DNA of 48,455 nt from an uncultured Verrucomicrobiales bacterium (GCA_937910245.1 CALEOR010000139.1:1-48455); one strand, 5' to 3'; positions 18,600 to 28,348 are shown, counted from the first letter of the stretch. The notes: generated by a model from the sequence alone, not told the origin. Translations and numbers: made by a program.

Positions 18600-19139
18600 A
18601 TGAGCGGAGATTTAGACCCGGCTGCAGCAGCAGAGTTGCTCCCCCTGGTCTATGAGGAGCTGAAACGACTTGCCTCTTATCGAATGGCTCAAGAAGCCCC
18701 GAATCAGACTTTGCAGGCGACGGCCTTGGTCCACGAAGCCTATCTCCGGCTGACTCATACCGGTGAAGATCCACGTTGGCAAAACAAGGCCCACTTCTTC
18801 AGTGCGGCCGCTGAGGCCATGCGGAGAATTCTCATTGACCGGGCTCGCAAGCGAAACCGAATAAAGAATGGCGGAGAACTGAAACGGACTTTTTACGATC
18901 CATCCCAAATCGAAGCTCCGGCTGGCGATGGGGAATTGCTGGCCATCGACGAGGCTTTGGAGCGATTTTCCAAGATTGATCCCGAGGGTGCCGAGTTGGT
19001 CAAACTCCGCTTCTTTGTGGGGCTCACCCTGCAGGAAATTGCGGAGACCACCGGAGTCTCTCTCCGGACCGTCAAGCGCCACTGGGTTTATGCCCGGGCT
19101 TGGCTCAAGAAGGAATTACAGGAATCCGATTCTTCCTAA
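18600..19139 (+). CDS. ECF sigma factor, TIGR02999-like (kinase-associated type)
   Basis: A 179-aa ORF. It contains LLPLVYEELKRLASYRM, TLQATALVHEAYLRL, FFSAAAEAMRRILIDRAR and VKLRFFVGLTLQEIAE...SLRTVKRHW. This is the characteristic sequence of the Planctomycete/Verrucomicrobial ECF family found next to Ser/Thr kinases. Confidence 0.9.
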   Translation: MSGDLDPAAAAELLPLVYEELKRLASYRMAQEAPNQTLQATALVHEAYLRLTHTGEDPRWQNKAHFFSAAAEAMRRILIDRARKRNRIKNGGELKRTFYDPSQIEAPAGDGELLAIDEALERFSKIDPEGAELVKLRFFVGLTLQEIAETTGVSLRTVKRHWVYARAWLKKELQESDSS

Positions 19140-19144
19140 AAAAA

Positions 19145-19172
19145 TGACCCTCTTTCATTGGAAACGACGCAT
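19145..19172 (+). promoter_or_regulatory. Candidate ECF-type promoter TGACCC-N16-ACGCAT
   Basis: The motif starts 6 nt after the sigma stop codon. It lies 201 nt upstream of the kinase ATG at 19374. Confidence 0.45.
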
Positions 19173-19373
19173 TACTTCAACAGACCCTACCATTGTTGAA
19201 AATGCCAAACCATTCCCCCGTCGCCTCCCCTTCTCTCCATTGCGCTAAGCAAGATCGCCACCGGACTGGAAAACAAGGAAGACGCAGCAAAGTATAAGAA
19301 GTTGGCGGAGGATCTATAACACTGACTTTGACTTCTATCTGAAGCAAGTTTCTCAATCCCACTTTCTGCGACG

Positions 19374-22300
19374 ATGTTTAAAAACGACCCCGACCAAAAC
19401 AATGACCCGGGAGCTGATGGCCTGAACGAAAAGGAGCTCTTCTTCTTGGCCCTGGAAATCGAAGACCCTGCCAAGCGAGCCATCTGGCTGAAGGAAGCTT
19501 GTGGCGGGGACGAGGGTCTCTACCAGCGTTTGGAAGGGCTTTTGGCTGCCGAAGCCACCGCAGGAATGGACTTCCTGAAGCCCGATGAAGATCGCCTCGG
19601 TGAAGTGGTCGCTGAGATTGGGCACGAACTCCGCACTGAAGTGGCCAATCCGGAGGCCGACACCCTTGGCGATGATCAGGATCAGGCGGCCACGGACCTG
19701 CCCGGAGTGGACTTCAACGAGAAACCCGGCGATACTATCGGGCGCTACAAGCTCCTGCAGAAAATCGGCGAAGGCGGCGGCGGCGTGGTCTACATGGCGG
19801 ATCAGACCCAACCGGTGAAGCGCCGGGTGGCCTTGAAGGTCATCAAGCTCGGGATGGACACCCGCCAGGTCGTGGCACGCTTCGAGGCCGAACGACAGGC
19901 CCTCGCCATGATGGAACATCCCAATATCGCGAGCATCCTTGATGCGGGAGCGACCGAGGGCGGACGGCCCTACTTCGTGATGGAACTGGTGCGCGGGGTC
20001 CCCATTACGACCTTCTGTGACGAACACAAGCTCGGCACCAGGGAGCGCCTCGAGCTCTTCCTGCAAGTCTGCGCGGCGGTGCAGCATGCCCATCAAAAAG
20101 GCATCATCCACCGCGACCTTAAGCCGGGCAACGTCCTCGTCACGATGATGGAAGACCGGCCCTTGCCAAAAGTGATCGACTTTGGAATCGCCAAAGCCAC
20201 CCACCAGGATCTGACCGAGAAGACCCTCTTCACGCAGCACGGAAACTTCGTTGGCACACCCACCTACATGAGTCCGGAACAGGCTTCGATGACCGGCTTC
20301 GACATCGACACCCGCAGCGACATCTACAGTCTCGGGGTCCTGCTCTATGAACTGCTGGCGGGCGCACCGCCCTTCGATCACAAGTCGCTCCTCTCCGCCG
20401 GCTACAATGAGATGCGGCGCATCATCGCGGAGGATGAACCGCCCAAGCCGAGCACCCGCTGCACCGAGACCCGGATCCAGTCAAAAACCGCGACCGGATC
20501 GAAGCCGATGAAATTCCACCTCAACCCCTCCTCCCTGAAGGGTGAGCTGGACTGGGTTGTGATGAAGGCCATCGAGAAAGACCGCACCCGGCGCTATGAA
20601 ACCCCGAATGCCTTTGCGGCGGATGTCGAGCGCTACCTAAAGGACGAACCGGTCCAGGCCGCCGCACCGAGTTCCGCCTACAAGTTCAGGAAGTTCGCGC
20701 TGCGCAACAAGACCGCCATCGGGGTGGTGGCAGGATTCGTTCTTATGTTGGTGATTGCAGTTGGCGTTAGCAGTTGGCAGGCGGTCCGGGCCATTCACGC
20801 GGGAAAGGAGTCGGAGAAAGCTCGGCGAGAGGCCGAGAGGGCGCGCGAAAGGACCGAGGATGTGTTGACCTATCTGACTGCGGTGCTCAAGAGTCCTGAT
20901 CCGGATTTTGATGGACGAAAAGTGACGGTGGCCGCGTGCCTTGCTGCTGCTGCCGATGAGTTGGAGATCCGCTTCCCGGATCAGCCGGAGCGCCAGGCGT
21001 TACTGCGGTCCGTGGTCGGGTCGACCTACTATTCCCTGGGGCTTTACCCCGAGGCCATCGAGCTTCAAGACGCTGCTTTGAAACATTTTCTGGAATCGCC
21101 TGATTCGGACCGGGTTGAAACGTTCGATGTGATGCACGAGCTGGCCGACTCCTATTATGCGGTTGGTCGTTGGAGTGAATCCTTGAAGCTGCGGGAGAAG
21201 GTCTTCGCCTTCCGTGGCAAGGTCCTTGGGGAAGCCCATCCCGACACGCTGAAGAGCATGTCCGAGCTGGCCGATTCTTATGCCGACATTGGACGAGAAC
21301 CGGAAGCTCTCAGGATGCGTGAGAAAGAACTGCTCCTGAGTCGGCAAACACTGGGTGAAGAGGACCCCCACACCCTTGGGGTCATGAGCCAACTCGCATT
21401 CTCCTACTCTTCCTTGGGTCGAAAGGCGGATTCGCTCGAGTTGCATTCGAAGGTCTTCGAACTGTCTAAGAAGACGTTTGGGGCCGAGCATGCAAGGACC
21501 ATGTCGGCGATGGGCAATCTGGCTTATTCCTATCACGCTGCGGGCCGGAGCGCAGAAGCACTGGAGTTCCGCGAGAAGGTGCTGGCGCATCATCGGGAAA
21601 AGTTCGGAGAGGAGCATCCCAGTACCCTCTTTGCGATGCATAGCCTGGGTTATTCCTACTATGGCGTCGGTCGCCGGAAGGAGGCCCTGGACCTGCGGGA
21701 AGAGGTGCTCCGACTACGTCGGGAGAAGCTTGGTCCCGTGCACGTTCGAACCCTGCGGGCGATGCGCAACTTGTCCCAAAGCTACAACGACATGGGCCGC
21801 CAGAAGGAGGCGCTCAAACTGGCTCACGAGACTCTGGACAAGTTTCGCGTAGCCCTCGGTGAGTCCGAGAAGGACACCCTTTTCGCGACAAGGAACCTGG
21901 TGGAAATCCTCCGAGACTCCGGGCAGCTGGACAAGGCGATTGAGCTCAGCGAGCAAGGCATCGAGTTGCACCGACGGAAGTATGAAGGAGAACATCCGGT
22001 CACTCTCCGGGCAATCGGCCAATTGGCGCTGCTCTACAGCGAAGCCGGTCGCCATGGGGATGCACTTGAAAAGGGAGAAGCAGTTGTGAAAGGCCTCCGT
22101 CGGAGTCTGGGCGATGCACGGCCCGCCACGCTGGAGGGTAGGGCAAGGCTGGCGACGATCCGTCGCAATGCCGGTCAGATCCCCGCCGCGATCGAGGAAG
22201 GAGTGGAGGTCTTGGCTCGGTGCCATTCGATGCTTGGCGCGGAGGCCCCCCGCACCCTCGAGGTGATGCGCAACCTGGCCCTTTCCTACAGCGCGGAGGA

Positions 22301-22622
22301 GCTCCATGAAGAGGCTCTTGAGCTTGGGAGTGAGGTCTTGGAATTGTTTGGTAAGGTCCTTGGGGAGGAACATCCAGATACCCTGGTGGCGATGGAAAAT
22401 CTGGCGGCGATGACTCAGAGCTCAGGGCTCCAAGAGGAGGCTGTGTCGATTCTGATAGAACTCCTGCCGGTAGCGCGCCGCCTACTCGAGCCCTCCCATC
22501 CTCTGCTGCCGGTCCTCATCGAGGATTTAGCCGATGGTTATGAAAAGACCGGGAACGATAAGGCTGCTCAGGAGCTGCGGAGTGAGCTCAAAGAATTGAA
22601 CGGGAAGCCTGCCGATGAATAG
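19374..22622 (+). CDS. Hanks-type Ser/Thr protein kinase, single TM, C-terminal TPR (TPR_12-like) sensor
   Basis: A 1082-aa ORF with kinase motifs GEGGGGVVY, VALK, HRDLKPGN, DFG and SPE. The TM helix is TAIGVVAGFVLMLVIAVGV. About 12 units of 42 aa follow, with EHPDTL...A..Y..GR..EA periodicity. Confidence 0.92.
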   Translation: MFKNDPDQNNDPGADGLNEKELFFLALEIEDPAKRAIWLKEACGGDEGLYQRLEGLLAAEATAGMDFLKPDEDRLGEVVAEIGHELRTEVANPEADTLGDDQDQAATDLPGVDFNEKPGDTIGRYKLLQKIGEGGGGVVYMADQTQPVKRRVALKVIKLGMDTRQVVARFEAERQALAMMEHPNIASILDAGATEGGRPYFVMELVRGVPITTFCDEHKLGTRERLELFLQVCAAVQHAHQKGIIHRDLKPGNVLVTMMEDRPLPKVIDFGIAKATHQDLTEKTLFTQHGNFVGTPTYMSPEQASMTGFDIDTRSDIYSLGVLLYELLAGAPPFDHKSLLSAGYNEMRRIIAEDEPPKPSTRCTETRIQSKTATGSKPMKFHLNPSSLKGELDWVVMKAIEKDRTRRYETPNAFAADVERYLKDEPVQAAAPSSAYKFRKFALRNKTAIGVVAGFVLMLVIAVGVSSWQAVRAIHAGKESEKARREAERARERTEDVLTYLTAVLKSPDPDFDGRKVTVAACLAAAADELEIRFPDQPERQALLRSVVGSTYYSLGLYPEAIELQDAALKHFLESPDSDRVETFDVMHELADSYYAVGRWSESLKLREKVFAFRGKVLGEAHPDTLKSMSELADSYADIGREPEALRMREKELLLSRQTLGEEDPHTLGVMSQLAFSYSSLGRKADSLELHSKVFELSKKTFGAEHARTMSAMGNLAYSYHAAGRSAEALEFREKVLAHHREKFGEEHPSTLFAMHSLGYSYYGVGRRKEALDLREEVLRLRREKLGPVHVRTLRAMRNLSQSYNDMGRQKEALKLAHETLDKFRVALGESEKDTLFATRNLVEILRDSGQLDKAIELSEQGIELHRRKYEGEHPVTLRAIGQLALLYSEAGRHGDALEKGEAVVKGLRRSLGDARPATLEGRARLATIRRNAGQIPAAIEEGVEVLARCHSMLGAEAPRTLEVMRNLALSYSAEELHEEALELGSEVLELFGKVLGEEHPDTLVAMENLAAMTQSSGLQEEAVSILIELLPVARRLLEPSHPLLPVLIEDLADGYEKTGNDKAAQELRSELKELNGKPADE

Positions 22623-22652
22623 CCGTTTCTCATACTCACCGTTAATGTCAAA

Positions 22653-22976
22653 ATGTTAGCCCGCATCATGACCATCGCCGGGCTCTTGGCTCTGGCCAGC
22701 ACCTGTTTACAGGCTGAGTCACTTGACATCGAAAACATAGACGTCGGCGATTCTACGGTCACCTGGAGGTGGATCCCGACCCAAGTCGATACTAATCCGC
22801 CATCTGACACTGGTCTCTACTGAGTCCGGGCATTTGATACGGAAAATCCTGATGATCTCGATCTCATCGCAAACGTTTCCACCGCGGCCGAGATTGTCCG
22901 GCCTCGTATCCCGGCACTGCAAGAGCATTTGGATCTGGATCCGGAGTTCGTCAACCTACTGAGGGATCTACGGTAA
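22653..22976 (+). pseudogene. Small secreted-protein ORF interrupted by an in-frame TGA (22821-22823)
   Basis: The ORF reads MLARIMTIAGLLALASTCLQAES (signal peptide)...DSTVTWRWIP...GLY-TGA-VRAFDTENPD...LRDLR-TAA. The same frame stays open and coding-like for 51 codons past the TGA. Confidence 0.3.
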
Positions 22977-23250
22977 AAGGTGAATGAGCAGGATGAGAAT
23001 TCCAGAGAGCGCTCCAATCACAACAGCACCTTCCAGCGCTTGCCCCACAAAAATGGAAACACCAGGGGCAAGCCCGTGTTTTTAACGGGAGCGGGAAATC
23101 AAACGCCAGAAAACCGGGTCTTTGCGAAAGTGATTCCTCACCGAAGGACTCAGGTCTGGTCTTTGAATCATCCCATCTGTGGACAATCAGCTAATTTTTC
23201 TCCCAACCCCCGCAGTAAAAGCAGGGTCTTAAAAATAAATCACAATCCAG

Positions 23251-23278
23251 TGATCCTTTTTGTTGCGAAAGAACGCAT
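23251..23278 (+). promoter_or_regulatory. Candidate ECF-type promoter TGATCC-N16-ACGCAT
   Basis: A copy of the bipartite motif, lying 47 nt upstream of the ATG at 23326. Confidence 0.45.
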
Positions 23279-23325
23279 CACCTAACGAGCCCCACTCAAG
23301 AGGTCTCCAAAACAAAAAATTAACG

Positions 23326-24300
23326 ATGGAAATTCATTCGCTTCAACCAAACCACCGCCCTCAGGAAAAGACAGATCCGATCCACTCCGGAGGAATCATC
23401 CCCAAGTTCCGGGCGTCCCTTCTGGTTGCCAGCCTCGGCTTCGCCACCCTTCCGGCCGGCGCTGCCACCATGTTTACAGAGTTCTTCTCCTTTGGTGACA
23501 GCCTCACCGATTCGGGGAACGTTGCCCTTGCAGTTGGCCCCCCCTATCCTTCGGGCCGCTACTCGGACGGCCCGACCTGGGCTGAGTATCTCTCAAACGA
23601 CCACCTCGGCCTCGGCCCACATGAACCTTCAGTGGCGGGTGGAAACAATCATGCCTGGGGTGGCGCACGGACCGGCGGTGGTGGACTGACTCCTACCGTT
23701 CTTCAGCAGGTCGGTGGTTATCTCGCCAGTGAAGGCACCTTCCAATCGACCTCTCTTGTGAGCGTCTGGGCGGGAGCGAACGATTTCTTTGATACTGCCA
23801 CCGATCCCGGCGGTCCGGTGAGTCCAAGCGTTTCGGTCGGTAACATCAGCGCGGCCATTGATCTTCTCGCAGGAGCCGGAGTTCGATATATCATCATCCC
23901 CAACTTCCCCGACTTCGGGGCCGCTCCCGGATTGGCAGGTGGCCCCGGATCAGCGGGCGCAAGCGCGTGGGTTCAGGGATACAATTCCCTCCTTTCCAGC
24001 GAGCTGGACGCACAACGGACCGCTCTCGGTATCTCAATTTACGAAGTCGATCTCTACACACTCGGTGCAGACATTGGTGCAAATCCTGGCAAATACGGGT
24101 TCACGAACGGAACTGATGCCGTCGTCCCGGACTTCACTCTTGATCCCACCCTCACGGCCTACTGGGACGGTGTCCATCCCACAACCGCAACGCACGCGAT
24201 CTTTGCCCAGGAAGCTTTCAACAGCATCCCGGAACCAAGCACCGGCGTTCTCGCCATCTTCGCCTTTGGGATCGCCTGCACCCGGAGAACACGCCGTTAA
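23326..24300 (+). CDS. SGNH/GDSL hydrolase (lipase/esterase) with PEP-CTERM sorting tail
   Basis: I chose the start at MEIHSL. The GDSL block I is FSFGDSLTDSGN, and the catalytic DGVHPT lies near the C-terminus. The C-terminal IPEPSTGVLAIFAFGIACTRRTRR is PEP plus TM plus a basic tail. Confidence 0.85.
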   Translation: MEIHSLQPNHRPQEKTDPIHSGGIIPKFRASLLVASLGFATLPAGAATMFTEFFSFGDSLTDSGNVALAVGPPYPSGRYSDGPTWAEYLSNDHLGLGPHEPSVAGGNNHAWGGARTGGGGLTPTVLQQVGGYLASEGTFQSTSLVSVWAGANDFFDTATDPGGPVSPSVSVGNISAAIDLLAGAGVRYIIIPNFPDFGAAPGLAGGPGSAGASAWVQGYNSLLSSELDAQRTALGISIYEVDLYTLGADIGANPGKYGFTNGTDAVVPDFTLDPTLTAYWDGVHPTTATHAIFAQEAFNSIPEPSTGVLAIFAFGIACTRRTRR

Positions 24301-24357
24301 ACTTCAAGCCGTCAAAGCATAGGTTACCCCCCGCAGATGCTTTGTAGCCTGCTGATT

Positions 24358-24391
24358 CGTCCTTCCCGGCATGCCGGGGAGGACGTTTTTT
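24358..24391 (+). terminator. Rho-independent terminator
   Basis: The hairpin CGTCCTTCCCGGCA/TGCCGGGGAGGACG is nearly perfect, with one G-U pair. TTTTTT follows. It lies 58 nt after the stop at 24300. Confidence 0.8.
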
Positions 24392-24575
24392 CAGTTTCCG
24401 ACCCAAGCGAGGAGATCGGCTCCGAACACGGAACTCCCTGAAAGATAAAACGGGACCATCTTTTCGCTAAACCGAATGGTTGGCTTTCATGTTGAATCCA
24501 CCACCGTTTCAAGAAAAATACATTCCCTGATTCCTCTTTTCTTCCTTCAGGCCGGCTTCACCACGCCGATCTCAG

Positions 24576-26081
24576 CTACCCCGGCAACACCACCCGAAAG
24601 ACCGAGCCTTCCCCCACGACGCTTTCGACCTCAACCCGTCCACCATGCGCCTCGATGATTGCCTTGGTGATCGCAAGGCCCAGGCCTGTTCCGTTCTTAC
24701 CATCCCGGGTCCGCGCCTTGTCCGCGCGATAAAACCTCTCAAAGACATGCTCCAGCGCCTCCGCGCTCATTCCCGGTCCGGTATCCCGCACCGCCAACGA
24801 CACCTCGCCATTTTGCTCGCCCAAGACGACCTCAATCCCGCCCTCGTCGTGATTATACTTCACTGCATTGCTCAATAAATTTAGCAAAGCCTGCCTCATC
24901 CGTTGCCGATCAAACTCCATCTTCACCGACTCCAACTCACAACGTATCACGATCTTCCGTTCATCCGCCAAAGGCTCGATCATTCGCACCACTTCTCTCG
25001 TCAGGTCCTCCAAATTCCCCTCCTCCCGCAACAGGAAAAACTCTCCCGAATCGACTTTCGACAAGGCCAGCAAGGCATCGGTCAAAGCCCGCATATGCTG
25101 CGCCGAATCCATGCACGTTTGCAAAGCCTCCTGATACTTCTCCGGCGACCTGTCGCGACTCAAGGCAAATTGACTCTTCGCCAAAATCACCGAAATGGGC
25201 GTCCGCATTTCATGGGAAGCATCGGCCGTAAATCGCACCTGATGCTCGAACGAACTCTCCAACTTCTCAAAGGTCTCATTCAAAATTCCGGACAACTTTC
25301 CCAACTCACTCCCACTCCCCTTCACCTCGATCCTTCCCGACAAATCTCCCCCGGCAATCCGGTGTGCCGTATCGCTAATCACCCCAATCGGCTTCAACGA
25401 GCGGCCAATCAAAAGCCACCCGACCAAAAACCCTCCCCCAACAATGAGCACCCCGGTCACCACCAAACGCAGTGCGAGTGTCGCAAGCGTGTCTTCGATC
25501 GGCTTGATCGCAGCACCGACCAACAAAAAACCACCCCCGGGACTCGCATGAATCACTTCCCGATACCCGTCCACCGTCCGCTTCGAATGACTCTCTCCTC
25601 CCCGCGGTACCTCTTCGGGAATCGGCCTTTGATCCTCCGGCGCATTCCCGGAAGCAAAACGCAACTCCCCATCCCGATCCCACTGGATCACAAAAATATC
25701 ATCCTCCGCCAGTTCCTCCACAACCTCATCCAGGGTTGGCCCCCTTTCCTCTCCCGGGTCGTCCCGACGCCCCTCCCCACGACCTTCCGGCGGCCCATTA
25801 TTAGGTCCCGGTCTTCTCCCGGGGCCCGGTCCGAACTCACCCCCAAACTCATCAAGCGGATCCGGCCTCGGAATCCTGCGATTTCTTGGAGGAGGCTCCC
25901 GCCGTCCCATCCGTGGCAACAAGCGCGTGATGGGGCTGTTTAACTCACGGTCGAGCGCCTGGTACAAAATCTCCCGCTGATTCTGGTAAAAGGCCCCCAA
26001 CAAGGCCGCGATGATCCCCGCGAGCAGGAGCGCGTACCAAAGCTGAATCCGCCAGCGAATCGATTGCGGGAAGAACTTCAT
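24576..26081 (-). CDS. Two-component sensor histidine kinase (HAMP-HisKA-HATPase)
   Basis: A 501-aa ORF with two TM helices. The H-box is FTADASHEMRTPIS, and the N and G boxes are LLSNAVKYN and GTGLGLAI. The periplasmic region is unusually rich in Pro/Gly/Arg/Glu. Confidence 0.9.
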   Translation of the reverse strand: MKFFPQSIRWRIQLWYALLLAGIIAALLGAFYQNQREILYQALDRELNSPITRLLPRMGRREPPPRNRRIPRPDPLDEFGGEFGPGPGRRPGPNNGPPEGRGEGRRDDPGEERGPTLDEVVEELAEDDIFVIQWDRDGELRFASGNAPEDQRPIPEEVPRGGESHSKRTVDGYREVIHASPGGGFLLVGAAIKPIEDTLATLALRLVVTGVLIVGGGFLVGWLLIGRSLKPIGVISDTAHRIAGGDLSGRIEVKGSGSELGKLSGILNETFEKLESSFEHQVRFTADASHEMRTPISVILAKSQFALSRDRSPEKYQEALQTCMDSAQHMRALTDALLALSKVDSGEFFLLREEGNLEDLTREVVRMIEPLADERKIVIRCELESVKMEFDRQRMRQALLNLLSNAVKYNHDEGGIEVVLGEQNGEVSLAVRDTGPGMSAEALEHVFERFYRADKARTRDGKNGTGLGLAITKAIIEAHGGRVEVESVVGEGSVFRVVLPG

Positions 26082-26738
26082 CTAAATTGACTCCACAATA
26101 TACCCCTGCCCACGCCGCGTCTTGATGAAGTCCTTCCCGAACTTCTGCCGCAGTTTGTATACGTAAACATCGAGCATGTTCGACATCGACTCATCGTTCT
26201 CATCGAAAAGATGATCATATAAAAAATCCCGCGTCACCACTTCATCGCGATGCTGGATCATCAACTCCGCCATCGCAAACTCCCGCGCGGTCACTTCCAC
26301 TTCCTTGTCATTCACCTTCAGGGTCTTCGCCGTCGTGTTAATGGTCACCTTTCCCACCGTCACCTCCGGTCGGTGCTCGCCGCCATTGCGTCGGATTACC
26401 GCCCGCACCCGCGCCACCAACTCCGCCAGATCAAAGGGCTTTGCCAAATAATCATCGGCCCCGTGGTTCAACCCCTTCACCTTATCCTGCACCTGATCCA
26501 GCGCCGTCAACATGAGCACCGGCGTCTGGCGCTCCTTCCGCAATTTTTCCAAAACCTCCCAACCATCCATCACCGGCATCATGACATCCAGCACCACGAG
26601 ATCATAATCCCAGTTCAGCGCCTTATAGAGCCCCTCCTCCCCATCCGCCGATTCATCGACCGCAAAGGATTCCTCCCGCAAGGTCTCCGCCACAACTTCC
26701 CGCAAATCATCCTGATCCTCCACAACAAGCACTCTCAT
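26082..26738 (-). CDS. OmpR/PhoB-family response regulator
   Basis: A 218-aa ORF with a receiver domain (VVEDQDD...DLVVLDVMMP) and a winged-helix output (LTAREFAMAELM...RRGQGY). It abuts the kinase gene with no gap. Confidence 0.92.
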   Translation of the reverse strand: MRVLVVEDQDDLREVVAETLREESFAVDESADGEEGLYKALNWDYDLVVLDVMMPVMDGWEVLEKLRKERQTPVLMLTALDQVQDKVKGLNHGADDYLAKPFDLAELVARVRAVIRRNGGEHRPEVTVGKVTINTTAKTLKVNDKEVEVTAREFAMAELMIQHRDEVVTRDFLYDHLFDENDESMSNMLDVYVYKLRQKFGKDFIKTRRGQGYIVESI

Positions 26739-26941
26739 AGTAATCTCAAGCTATTCCCGGCATCCTGAACAGAAGATGAACGAAGACAAGAAATCTACAA
26801 AAGAGCCCCTCCTCCTTCCCTCAATATCATGACCCTCCCCAATTCTCCCTCCCGCCAGACCATCCACATCTTGTATCCCAAAGCAGGGCATATAAATTCA
26901 AAGGAGTAAAAGGAACTTCACAGCAGCTCCGTAGGAAGGAC

Positions 26942-27727
26942 GTGCGTGAATCTTCGAGCAATGATGGGCTTCCCCAAACTCCGGCAAAACAAGGACAATT
27001 CTTCAATAAGAGCCTCATCACCAATCTGATCGCAATTCTCCTGGCAGTCGTCGGCTATTTTTTGGATGAGCCCTTACGTGAACCGATTTTAAACATCGGG
27101 CTTTTTGCATTCTCCGGAGCTCTCACAAATTGGCTCGCGATTCACATGCTCTTTGAAAAAGTTCCGGGCTTCTACGGATCGGGAGTGATCCCCGCGCGTT
27201 TTGAAGATTTTAAGGAAGGGATTCATCAACTCATCATGCGGCAGTTTTTCACCCGGGAGAACCTGGCACGCTTTTTTACGGGGAATGATGGGACCGAAAA
27301 CCCGGGAGTGGATCTGGTGCCCTTGCTTGATTCAGTCGACCTCGATCCCTCCTTCGAGGCCTTGAAGGCGGCGGTGATGGAATCAAAATTCGGGGGCACT
27401 CTCGCCATGTTTGGAGGAGCGGCGGCACTCGATCCCATCAAACCGGACTTTGTTGAAAAGATGAGAACCGCGATGAAAGAGATCGTGTCGTCCGAGGATT
27501 TTCAGGAGAAACTCCAGGCTCTGGTGACGGGAGGTGGCGACGATGGAGATCATTCGGAACTTCTGGACCGGGTGAACGTGATCGTTGAGAAACGCCTCGA
27601 GGAATTGACGCCCCGGATGGTGAAAGAAATTATCCAGCAAATGATCCGCGCGCACTTGGGATGGTTGGTGGTCTGGGGAGGGGTTTGCGGAGGCTTGATC
27701 GGCTTCGTTGCCAGTCTCCTGGGCTAA
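26942..27727 (+). CDS. DUF445-like membrane protein
   Basis: A 261-aa ORF starting at GTG. The motif GALTNWLAIHMLFEKVPG...GVIP is typical of DUF445/YheB-like proteins. It has a C-terminal TM helix. Confidence 0.65.
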   Translation: MRESSSNDGLPQTPAKQGQFFNKSLITNLIAILLAVVGYFLDEPLREPILNIGLFAFSGALTNWLAIHMLFEKVPGFYGSGVIPARFEDFKEGIHQLIMRQFFTRENLARFFTGNDGTENPGVDLVPLLDSVDLDPSFEALKAAVMESKFGGTLAMFGGAAALDPIKPDFVEKMRTAMKEIVSSEDFQEKLQALVTGGGDDGDHSELLDRVNVIVEKRLEELTPRMVKEIIQQMIRAHLGWLVVWGGVCGGLIGFVASLLG

Positions 27728-27759
27728 GACGCCGGCCGCTCTCAAGCGGGTCTCCCCTC

Positions 27760-28224
27760 TCAGTAAATCCACGGCAACAGGCGCTTTACCCGCCGGGCAT
27801 AGCTCTCGTAGTCGGAAAACTTGAGAAGCAGGCGGCGCTCTTCGTGGCGGGCCTTGGCATCAAGAAAACCCAGGGTCACGAAGGCAAGGGTTAGCCCGGG
27901 AAGGCTTCGCCACCACAGGGCCCACGCAAAAAACAGCAGGATCACGCTGGTGTAGATCGGGTGCCGGACAATGCCATAGATGCCACTTTGGACCAACCGG
28001 GCTTCCGGTAAGGGCTCGGGAAAAACCGTCCGGCTGCGGCCGAGGGAGAGCGCTCCGGCGATGCCGAAGATGGCACCGGGCACACCCAGCACCACCGCTG
28101 CGATCTTGCTCCCAAATCCATCCCAGGCGTCCGCCCAAACAGGGGCCACCGCCATTCCAGCAAGCATCAGCGCCGCCTGGACCATGACCCAGCCGCCCCC
28201 TCGTTTCCAAAATCTCCTGTTCAT
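27760..28224 (-). CDS. Isoprenylcysteine carboxyl methyltransferase (ICMT)-family membrane methyltransferase
   Basis: A 154-aa ORF with GIYGIVRHPIYTS and EERRLLLKFSDYESYARRV motifs and multiple TM helices. Confidence 0.8.
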   Translation of the reverse strand: MNRRFWKRGGGWVMVQAALMLAGMAVAPVWADAWDGFGSKIAAVVLGVPGAIFGIAGALSLGRSRTVFPEPLPEARLVQSGIYGIVRHPIYTSVILLFFAWALWWRSLPGLTLAFVTLGFLDAKARHEERRLLLKFSDYESYARRVKRLLPWIY

Positions 28225-28250
28225 GATAGATGGTAATTAACATAATCCAC

Positions 28251-28348
28251 CGAGAAAGCTAAGAGCCAACCGCTGAAAGCCAATCGCCATGGTGCTTAGG
28301 GCCTTTGGCTCCGAACCGATCCCCAGCTGATCGCACTGCCGGGCGTCC
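28251..28348 (+). repeat. Copy A of a conserved ~100-nt intergenic element (candidate structured leader RNA)
   Basis: About 88% identical by eye to 37799-37893. It is non-coding in all frames. It contains the hairpin AGCCAA-UC-GCC...GGC-CU-UUGGCU. It lies ~80-175 nt upstream of the ATG at 28428. Confidence 0.5.

Noticed and set aside
19353-20381. Long minus-strand ORFs antisense to the kinase domains (19353-20381, 29822-30910, 42191-42844). Similar antisense ORFs lie at 24903-25943, 1994-2851 and 18-965.
   Set aside because: The opposite strand carries unambiguous kinase, histidine-kinase, vWA or cytochrome motifs in each case. The antisense translations are low-complexity (G/D/E/L/A-rich).
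22821-22823. A second in-frame TGA, considered as another selenocysteine codon.
   Set aside because: There is no Cys-containing redox motif around it and I found no GGU-loop hairpin downstream. A nonsense mutation or sequencing error is more parsimonious.
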